DNA of 64,000 nt from Haplodiscus bocki (lineage: Eukaryota), in NCBI GenBank assembly GCA_965655095.1, contig OZ296653.1, forward strand, positions 93,558,001 to 93,622,000, read 5' to 3'. The notes below the pieces were generated by a model that searched no databases, was not told where the DNA came from, and saw nothing but the letters and a program-made list of their open reading frames with translations. Position 1 is the first letter of the stretch. Every line of letters starts with the position of its first letter. Positions 50,061 to 61,082 of the stretch are shown piece after piece. The position numbers and the translations under genes are program-made.

Positions 50061-50399
50061 TTTTCAAGTCTGTGTTTAGGTATCGAACTTTAATCCAAAA
50101 ACTTCTCACTATACTGGCATTTAAATTTATTATTTAAAGAATCTTTACTTATCCTTTTTAATTTTCCTTACTACTTTTAATCATGTGATTTGTTTTCAGA
50201 TTCCTTGAAAAATTGAAGTCAAGTTACAAAAAAAGTTTTAGGCTGAGTTCTAGGTTCAGTTCTAGGTTAGGTTCTAGGTTTAGTTTTATGCCTATAGAGT
50301 CGCCTTTATGTTTATTTTTTGATTTTAGAGAGATTTGTCTTAATAACAATTTTTCTGAAAAGGAGTCATTTTTTATTTCATTCACATATTTCGTAAAAT

Positions 50400-50888
50400 T
50401 TTTCCGAAAGCAATCAGATTCTTTTCCATCATTTACTTTATCATGTAATAAGTTTCAAAATAGTTTATACAAAGAGTGTTTAGTTTGTGGAGTTCTCTCA
50501 TGAAAATTTTTCAAAACATTGTTTTATTTTTATTTCCTCTTATAAAACTTTTTAGTTACAGTTACTTCACAAGCTATTTGGGTTCGTTCAAATTAATGTC
50601 ACCATCAATCCAAATCCAGTTACAGACGGAGTTACTGAATTAAAAGTCGTAGCCATAATAACGAAAGTATCAACTGTTTTCGAAATAATGAATAATACCT
50701 CATATTTTTGCTGCCTCTGTTTTGATTTAATATTTTCAACTCTGAAGTTGGTGATCATTTCTTTCAGATTGATAATTGATGTTAGAGGCATTGAAGCTGT
50801 GTATATCGTTTTTTTTCTTTTCCAAACTCTCTTCAACATTTGTTTTTTGTTCTGATGGAGCAGTTGGATTTAACGCAATGGCCGACAT
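50400..50888 (-). pseudogene. PTAP-motif coiled-coil/transmembrane protein pseudogene
   Basis: Homolog of 2147-2640; includes ORF 50588-50839. Confidence 0.55.
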
Positions 50889-51309
50889 TTATAAAGCAAA
50901 AAACTTGTCCTTATTCTTGTACTATATAAATTTTTCGAGAAAAAACCTGTTACCAGTATGATGAAAACTTTTTCACTCTAGGTCAGTAGATGAAAATGCC
51001 TCAGAAAATTAAATACGGCTGCACTATGTGACTTGTTTTTTGCGACCAATGTCGAAACTCTCGAAGGAGTTTTTAATTACGTTTGCATTAATTTTTTCCC
51101 ACCTTATCAGAACTTCAGAAAATTTCCTAGTCGTTCAGCTTGTATTGTGCTATCACTAACAATCACTAATTTTTTCCTATTACAGTGAAAGCCATTTAGC
51201 ATACCGTCTCGTTTGACCTGTTTTAGTTATATCACTTTCGATAGACATTTATGCAGACTGATGACAGCCGCTAACAAAAAAGAATGAGTTTTTTACTTTT
51301 AATAGCACT

Positions 51310-52398
51310 TATTTGTTTGTTTTTTCTTCAATAATGAAGTGAAGGTAAAAATTTCACTATGGAACTCAACAAAATTTCTGTGTCATCATCTTCCAAACAA
51401 AATGTTTTGTTCATCAATACATTTTTTCAATGAATTGTATCTGATTCACAATAAATCTTGAACCCAAGTGGTTCATCCAAAGTAAAATTTTAAAGTTTTG
51501 TTGGTTCATGGGAGCTATTCATTATTGATTCATCTTTACAATCACGCTTTCAAAAATTTATTATGTTGTAGTGTTTTCTGTTTTTTTCCTTTAATGGATT
51601 TTTTTTAGGTTTATAATCCCAAATTGGGCTTTGTCCTATTATGGTAATAAAAAACAACTTTTATAATGTCCTTAAAAACTTATTTGTTCTCAATTGTTTC
51701 TTCATTGTGATGATGTTAAAAGAAGTATTTACTTCTACTGAAGTATCTAAAGTTTAACTAGAATCACTAACATCATTTACACTTGGTGGTTTCTGATAAG
51801 TCTCAAAAAGAAATATTTTTTTTTCGAAAATTGAAAAAAAGGATCTCCTTCCAATCGCATTGTTCTCAGAAAAGTTTCAAAACCTTACAAAATTGATAGT
51901 TCAAAAACCTCAATAGTTTCATCAAATACCGAAGCTGTAGCCTTTTTATCAGTTGTAATAGATTCTATTTTTTCTTCTGTCAGATACATTTTTTCTCTCA
52001 TTAAAGTTCTACCAACAAATTCAATTTTTTTCAATTTATCAGTTACAGTTGGTCTTATGGTCTCATCCTCAAAACCTTCCATTCAAAAATTTTCACCTGA
52101 TTTTTTGAAATCTTCAATAAAACGTTTTTCTTTCCTCTCAATGCGTTCAGATTTTTCTAATTAAATATTTTTTTATCCAACACAGAAATTTAATTTTAAA
52201 CTAGTTAATCCTATCATCCATTCATCATATTCTGGTTGTAAAAATTTATCAAATATGAAAGATCCCATTGATTTTTTAATTGTAAACTCTACATCTCCTG
52301 TGCCTTTGTTTGAGTCGGCTGAAAAAGTTTAGCATTGGTTCTTGTAAGTCAAAGTAAAAAATCTTCATATGTTTCTTTCGGTTTTGAGGTATTTCCAT
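51310..52398 (-). pseudogene. Minor capsid (penton) pseudogene
   Basis: C-terminal EFHSEIFTFTSLLKK is homologous to 1580-1629; syntenic with copy 1. Confidence 0.5.
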
Positions 52399-55300
52399 TC
52401 CTAATTAATACTATTTATTTTACAAACATAAGCGAAGTTTCGGTTGATTTTGTGGTAAAACTCACAATTTTAAACCAAAAACTACTAAGAATTTTTCTTC
52501 ATTCTAATTAAAAAAATATTTTAAATCACGATAGGTTGAATTGTATACTTCTGTTTGTAAAAAACTTCAAACAGGTATTGTTTATACATATTTTTTTTTC
52601 TAGAATCTTGCTTGTTTTTTCTTAAATAAGCAAGTGAAAGTCAAAATTTCACAGTTAAAGTCACCTCTGTTACTCTCATCATCTTCAACATAAAACATCA
52701 TTTTTTTTAAAACAGACTTGTTCATTCTTTTGTAAAGTTTTAATCTAGATCTTCGAGTTTTTTCATGATCACGAGGTCTACCTAAGGAGAAGTGTATAAT
52801 AAAAGAAGTCGATTTACATTAATTCCTTCAAAAAAATCAGGTTTCAAATGAATCTTATCAATTCCGCCAATATTCACAGAAGTTTCAATTGTATACGTTT
52901 CTATAGCATATTTAATTCTTGTAAATGCTAATTTTGTATGAAAAAAGACTTTTTGTTAAATTACAACAACTCATTTTTTTGGTTTTTTATAGTCATAACA
53001 CTTTTCATTGTGACACCGTTCACTTTATTGTCATTTCTCATTTTTTCTGGTAAAATAAACTTTAAAGTGTTATTGATCACTTTACTTCAAAATCTCCATG
53101 TGGGAAGACAAAAGCATCAAATTCAGAACAAATGTTTTTTTAAATAATAAACATTTCAATTCGTTTTATGTTGAATTTATTGTAAAAACCGTATCTCCAA
53201 AATCAATTTTTTTCATACTTTTTAAAGCTTCAAGGGTCTCGTTTCTTTTTGAATTTTCTTCCAGGTCTGATGTTTGATAAAAAAAATTTCCTATTTTCTC
53301 ATCTCACATCTCAACCTTTTTGTTGACATCTTTTACGTGTAATCTAATTTGATTTGAATTTGTTTGTTCTGTTAATTCTTTTTGTTTTTTAGAAGCTTGG
53401 CCATCTTCCCCATATACTGATGCAAAAAACAGACATAAATTGTTTTGATCAGTTACAATGGACACTGAACTAGATACGTCTAAACCATACAAAGTTCAGT
53501 TATGCTTCCTGTTTTAGTTCTGTTGTAGGAGATTTTGAAAAGGTATCCATTGGTTTTGTTATTTTGGACTCTGATGTTTTTTGTGCTCTTGTGTTTTTGT
53601 GCAATTTTTGTATTAGTGTTGTTTCCAATCATAAGAAGTACTTCATCTGATTTTTTCATGTTAAAACAAAAACCCTGAAACTTTTACCACTCATTTATTC
53701 GCTAAAAATTTTAATGTTTCAAATCAGTGAACCTTTGGATCGACGTATCCTTTTCAACTATTGAAATTATCAAGATCAATTTTTGCTGACATATCTCACA
53801 AGGTTATCTATTTCTGTTTTTCTTTGTATCATTAATCTTTACAAAAAACGTAACAGAGCAGATTCTGAAAGGTTTTTTAAGTATTTTGGTTAAGTAAAAA
53901 AGAAAAAAACAAAAAGCTGCCCAGTAGCTGTCTTTTCCTTGGATTTTACATTCAAAAAAATGTTTTTAATTGAAAAAATCTGTTAAGAAATTTGGCGGTC
54001 CACATGCAAACAATTTGTGAAAAAAAGCCATTCATACATAATTCCCAGTGGTTGATTTTGATTGGAAGGAAAAAAACAATTGCTTTTTTAATGTAATTTT
54101 ACTGTCTCTCATGTAAAAATTTGTATTTATTTTTAATTCGTTCATTACCTGTTTTTGAAAAAAATGTTGCTTGATATCCTAACTTATGTTTCTTTTCACA
54201 AAATCGATGAAAGGTAGTGACATTCTCTTTCAACTATTTCTTTTTCTGCTCCTCTTCTCTAGTCAAAGACAGAGTAATCCTTAAAATTTTCATGTTTACT
54301 TTCAAATCTATCATTTATATCTACATCATAAAGTGGTTGTATTGTAACTTCAACAAAATTAATTGAAAAAATTAGTTTAACCAAATGCTTTTGAATATGT
54401 TTCAACCGCTTCTCTCAATCTTTTGACTTCATCCAGGTTCATTTTTGTTTGATTTTTGCTAGGTTTTTCCCATAAAACCTTTTTTACACTTTGTTTCGTT
54501 TATTTGTTCTGATATTGTTTTTTTAATAAGGTGATCAAATAAAGAATCATTGATTTTATCAATGTTTCCAGCTTGTTGTTTATGTTTCCCAGATACATTT
54601 TTAGGAAGTTCACTTCCGCCAACGTTGTCGTAACCGATAAAACTCGTTAACAAACAAAGATATATACAAATAATGTGAACAACTAGGAAAGTTGCTTCGG
54701 CAAAAAAAACAAAACCTTTGTTGCATATAACTTTTCATTATATTGTTATTAATTTGATGTTCATTTTCTCTATGTTTTTAAAAAGTGTAGTTAGTTTTTT
54801 CAATACTTTATCCATTTTCACTTAAAAAAAATTGTTAGGTTTTTGCATTCGTTTTATAATTTTGACTCAAAATTTCTGTTATTATCAGTTAAAGTTACTA
54901 TCACTGTCTGTGAACTCAAGTTTTTTGTCCATGCCATCAATAGTCTCAACCATAATTTGTATTGCTTCATCATAGAAGGTTCTTCGGAATTTTGCAATTA
55001 CGGTTTTTTAAGATTGTGTTCTATTAGACTCATATGAAAGATTATCAGCCAGTAGTTCTAATTGTTTTGATGTTTGTGGATTGTTTTTGATTGTTTCTCA
55101 TACATTCAGTCATTTAGTTTTCCTAAAAGATTTATCACTCCAATTTTTACCACAAATGCTCCCATATTCGTTATCACTCTTTCCGGTTTTTACATAAAAG
55201 AAAAATATAAAAAAACTTTGCCATTCTTTTTGGTTTGGTTTGTATTATACAGACTGCTCTTGCTCGTGTCATTTCTGTATCTTTAAATTGTAATTTCTGA

Positions 55301-56344
55301 AAGTCGCATTATTTTGCTCTTTGTACTTGGGTCAATTTTGGATCAATAATTTCTATTTCCATTCTTTTTATCATTGAGTTAAGTTAGTATAAACGTAGTA
55401 TTTTATTTGAGTGTAAGCTTTACAATTTAGCAGTTGAATCGAGAGTGTATGCTTGGGACAATTACTGTTAATAAGATTGAAGTACTTTGTTTTTGTTAGA
55501 TTCACTCGGAAAATTCCAATTTTTGATTAGAGTTTTAATTTCAAAAGAACCTTTTGATGTGGAATGAACGAAAAATCGGTAACACTTTTAACATTGAAAG
55601 AGGCAATTCTCTTTTTATTTTCAAAAAAGATACTCGAATCTACAGAAACATTTGTTACATAATTAACAATAGTAGTTGAAGTGAATTACTAAAAACTAGT
55701 GAAAAAAACACTTGCTTATTTTAGAAAAAAAGAATTTTTTAAAGAAATTTTAGATACTAGCTTTAGATTAACAAAAAAATGTAGACGTAGAATAAGTTAA
55801 ACATTCAAGTCAACAACTTTTTGGAAAAAAAATAAAACAATTGAAATACTTGATTGCTCTCAGGAAATATTCAGAAAATGGATACCGTTTCAGTAAACAA
55901 GAGTTATGACAAATGAAAAATTTGATACATTATAAAATTTTGATCAAACTCTTTCATGCCTCTCTTTTAATCGTTTAGATGACAAACAATTCAGCAAATA
56001 CTTCAATTGGTTTGATTTAGGACCTTTCCTAGCAAAAAACATTGCTTGCAAAGAAAATTTAGTCGATCTTCGAATATATTTGTTACAAACATTCAAGGTC
56101 TAGCACTCTTGTTAAAACTTTTTTAACATTGGATTTTCAAAGAAAACTGTAACTGTTTCAGTACTCATTTGTTTTTTCCGAATTTAAAACTTTCAGAAAA
56201 AATTTTTGCATGACTTATCAGCTTTTTGTTAATAAAAACCACTTTCATGTTCTTTCATGTAATTATTAGTAATATCAGAATGCTTACAGTAATCGATTTT
56301 TGTTAAAAGTAAATTTTTTCAATTATTCATTTCAAGTGGACAAG

Positions 56345-56849
56345 GGTAAACCCTATTTTACCTTAGTTGGTAGTCAATTTTCACTTCAGATTTGAAAACA
56401 CTTTTCCTGATTTTAAAAAAATTGGGGGGAATTCTTGACTTCTTCCAGTCGAAATTGATAAAAATTGCAGATTTCGAGTCGATCTCTCATCTTCTTTTGA
56501 ACAACGATGATCGACATTTTACCATCTTTTGACATCGATAGCCTGAGATTGTTGCCTTGGGGTCAGTATTCTGTCAATCTGTAGCCTAGTTTATAGAGTC
56601 TAACAACCGAAGCACAAAAAATACTCCTTTCCCTTTCATGTCATTCCTCAATTTTTGTCCATTTTCTTTCGATTCTCTCAAATTCTTCAAAAATATTGAT
56701 GAATATCTGCATGTTTGGGTGTTTTTTGTTGATGAAAAAGTTGATATTGAGCAAATGTCTAAGATCATGGAAACAAAATGAGGAAATATGTGAGCTTGAA
56801 GGGGGTTTTGTACTTGTTTTAGTTGTTAGGGACTAAATTGTAGGCTACT
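56345..56849 (-). repeat. Right TIR of Polinton copy 2, including the terminal hairpin 56581-56848
   Basis: GTAGCCTA...TAGGCTAC palindrome; the subterminal part is the reverse complement of 41701-41940. Confidence 0.85.
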
Positions 56850-59800
56850 TTTAATTGACCAAAACTCGACCCAATATTCAAATGGCAGCTGTAAGGTTGC
56901 GAGCATTTCCAGGCCTCTACCTAAAGTCATCAAAATAGACTTTTTGGCACACACTCAAGAAAAAACAAATGGATGTAAAGACTCCTGCGTTGACCATTAC
57001 GAAGAAATGGGCTCTCTGAATGCAGAAATGTATTTTTACTGACAGCCAACATTGAACGGTAGCTACAGAAATCACACACATTTTCTATCATCCACCAACG
57101 CGCGGACTGCCGATTTACCCTATTCAAGTACGATTTCAATGGCAAAATCGTTACCAAGTGAGGACAAGTGTTTGATAATGTGCAGAGAACAACCTATTTC
57201 AACCGAAAAAAAACAGAGTGGATGGAATGGCCAGCAGTGCAGAAAAAAGACCCTTGAAGATAAAATACAAAAACAGTTATCAGGCTCTGTCCAAAGGACA
57301 AAGTCAACGCGAACTTTTGGCAGATTGTTTGCATCAACAATTGTACAAATTGAAAAGGCAAATTTAAACTGATACTGATAAAAACACGAGACTGTTTTTT
57401 ACCGGTGATATCAAATATGATGGTAACACAAAAAGGTTCACGAAAAAACCATTCAAACCAGAAATTGATTTGGATCGCAAATTAATTGATTTTATTGAAC
57501 TGGTATGGCAAAAAAACCCATGACAATCATCAACAGTCACACAACTGCCAAGAGCCGAACAAACAAAAAGCCTCCACCACTTGTCAGAGAAAATTTCTTG
57601 TCCCACACCGAGTTCGAATGAAATTTTCGAAAAAAAAGTTCGCGGTTTTCCAATTTTTGCCACTCCTCTACCTAATAAAATTGGACAGTTTGCCAAACGA
57701 AATTAACTTTGTCGCTTTGCGACTGTTGCGTTTTGAGATGCACCGTGAAACCGTGGAATCGTTGACCAATAAATTCCACAAATCATTGACTTTGTGAAAG
57801 ACTTTCGCTCGTCAAAAAAACTCGTTCCAAGTTCTCAAGGGAAATGACGTCTTTTGCAAGACAAGGTCATGGTACTTTTTTTCATAAAAAACGGTCTTGC
57901 TATTTCTTGCTTTGAACCGCCAACGCTTTCTGATTCTATCAATAACACTGATCTTTCAACAAAAACTTTGAATGCAAAAACAATCAGTCTTCGGAGCAGA
58001 ACTTCAGGAATGCATAAGATTCAGAAGTCCTTTCGCACAAGCTAGTTGTCAAATCAAGTCTTAGTCGTCACGTTAAGTAATGGTGCAACTATTGGCAAAA
58101 TGTGTGGGTTTTTAAAATTCATCTTTCTGACAATTTTTTTCGTTTTGCTCAGAAAGTTCTGAAAAAATATGCCTAACGATTTTTCAGTCCATTTTCATAG
58201 AAGCTGTTAAATTTTTACGATGCGTCAGGTTTTAAAAAATCGTTTTTCAAAACATCTCAAATTTTGAATCAACTCTTTCAAAATGTGTCACAAATTCAAT
58301 TCAACAATTTTTTGAACTCTTATGGATGAATCTTACCTAAAGTTATTTAATCGTTTTTGCCCATGATTTCAAGAACATTTACAGCTTACTATATCTTCAT
58401 TAAAAAGATAATAGCATTCGATGTTCAAAATTGTCCTCTTATTCAATTGCACAATGATTTTTTTATATGCTGTCCCAATCTTTTGTCTGCATGAATCCAA
58501 GAAATGCAAAACCTGCTTGCTACTGGGGGTTTCAGTTAGAAACTCAGACACTGGTTTTGTTCGAAGAGGTTCTCTCTTGTTTTCCTCGTCATGCAAACGA
58601 ATGCGGTTTCATGCTGTTTTCTCCAAATATATTTCGTTGATCAGGAAAACGGGGTTTCTAACCCTGATCAAAAACAGCATCCACCACGAACTGAGGATTT
58701 TCACTCCAAAATTCTTTGTCATCCATGTTTGATAGTTCGTAGCTGCTGGTGTCCACGATTGCCCTCCAGTACAAGAAAAAAACTTCGTTCTCATCTCAAA
58801 TATTCCTTCCCGGCCGTTGATTAATAGGATTTGATTGACCAAACTATTGTTTTTGAGACAACAGCAAGTTCTAAGCTTATAGTGGAATTTTATGAGAGAT
58901 TCGTTTGCTACTTTTGTCAGTCAGGGTAACTGTGGACCAAAGGCGAAAGATTGCTGGATTTTCTCATTGGAAACTGAGAGTAACATGCTGCTTGACTGTA
59001 GTTTGAAGTTGTCAAAATTGGAAAAAGATGATCTGAAAACTAACTTCATAAGCAAATTGGATCTCAACACGCATATGACAGGAAAGGAGTATTTATGGTC
59101 TTCTTCCACTCAGTTTCGTTCGTCGATGGCCGGTTACGATCAGCAGAAAAATGTATTACAAAGAAGATGGCGTTCTTTTTTCGTAGTCGTGATATGATTT
59201 TTTTAGAAAACAATTTATTCTATTAACATCAAGCTCATTCATATTTTATTGCTGGTTATATGTAACATTGAGCATGTGACAGGTAGCATTGCACCTTCTG
59301 CAGTCCTAAAGAAAATTTTTCAGAGTATTCAATGGTTGAACTGTAAAAACACATGTAGTTTTTCCAAGTTTGGTAAAACGTCTACCCAACTTTCATCGAT
59401 TATTTATTTGTACCTTCTTGTTCACACACAAACTGAACAACTCTTTCTTCAGTGAGAAAACTGGGACATTGTTGAACATTTCTAAATCAGCTAACAAATT
59501 CATCCTATTGGCAAAGAAAAAGATGGTTTGCCTTTCACTTCTTTTGCGAACTCCTGTATCGCTAAAAGTACTTTATGAACAAACGATTACGCCGCGCACT
59601 TTCCACAAACATACAGGGCTTTTGAAGTAAAAGCATGAGTGTCACGAAACTCACAATTTTCTCCCTTGTAGCTTTTGTTGAAGCATTGCACGTCACCAAA
59701 CACGTTTTTCTGGTGAGTCTTACAGCTGTCGCAGTTGCTTTCTCAAAATACACATTGGAAACTAGAAAAACAGCGTTTCTCTCAAGAACTATCAGTTTCC

Positions 59801-61082
59801 TGATGTTCAAAATTAACTATCTTTGTGAAAGTCAACTGGTTTCACTGATGATCGATTTCTTTGATGGAGAAGGCACATTTTTCATTTGTTGAAAACAAAA
59901 TTTCAACCTTTTTGATTGTTGGTGTTTCCCAGAATGTCTTTGAACCTGTGAACTGTGACCAAAGATCTTGCATTTTGTTAGGCTGAAATTCAGTTTGCTG
60001 TTACCGGCTTGGACGAAAGACTATGGAAGTTCAGACATCTTTTCTACAAAATCAGCATATTTTTTAAACTAATCTCGTCATTGAGGGTATTTTAATGATG
60101 AGTTTGTAGTCGCGAAGTCGGAAGAGCTTGGTAGCAATTTTTTCTCTCGAACCTGTATTGACTCGTACTAACCAATGATAAAGTTGAAAATTGTCACAAA
60201 CTTTGCGTTAATAAAACTATTTACGTCTGTTCCGTTTAGAATCTTTTCGAGTATTTCTTCTTAGACTGAAACAAATTTGCTCAAAATGCGAACATGCTTT
60301 TTGACAGACATGGACTCTTCGTAAACTAACTTTTTTTGCAAAGTGAAATGATTAGTGGTGTGGCAAAAAAAGCTATCCGGATTTATATTTTCAGCAAGCA
60401 GAACAACGGCACTCCTTCTGCTCAGAACAATCAGAGTTAAAAACCGTTTTTTTTGATCGTACATTGAGATAAAATGGTCCAGCGGTTAAAAACATCAATA
60501 ATTTCAAGAAAAGATTTTGCTGGTGTATGTCAAAAACTTACACCGATACATCTTTGGGTCTGTGGTCATAAACGTTTAATGTCTTCACTAAAATTATCAA
60601 TCATTTGTTTATATGTCTTGCATTTGTGAGTTTGAGTGACACTTGAGCCTATATTACGTTCTTGGGAAAATAAGATGTCCTAGACCCACCGAGTGTTTTC
60701 GGTTGGACAAACTGTCGCTTTATTGGGCGATATTGTCCCACTTGATGGCTTCTCTCACACAAGTCGCTGCCTCGTCAATTTAACCTGATCTACTTGATTA
60801 TTTTCCACAGACAATATATACCGAAATAAGACGACAAAAAAACAATTAAAAAAATGTTTTTACCAGAAGTTCGCTATGAAGAAGAAAAAGGCTTTTCAGT
60901 TATTTTCATAATCATAAGAATCAGTTTTTCGATTTTAATTTTGTGGTCATCGCACATGTTTTATAACTTATTGAGTGTTTTCTGTTACAAACTGTTTGCC
61001 AGTACACCTTTTGCATTGCTACAGACATATTGCCAAAATCCTTGAATTTTACATAAAACTCTCTTAAACACTTGCTGCTGAG

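Larger units (their letters stand above)
41435..56849. mobile_element. Degenerate compact Polinton/adintovirus-like element, copy 2 (~15.4 kb including the gap), inverted relative to copy 1
   Basis: Inverted repeats at 41435-41940 and 56345-56849 (e.g. GGCTACAGATAGACA..ATCGATGTCAAAATATGGTAAAAT versus the reverse complement of 56515-56586). INT and pPolB on (+); ATPase, PTAP protein and penton on (-), in the same order as copy 1. No TSD recognisable. Confidence 0.85.
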
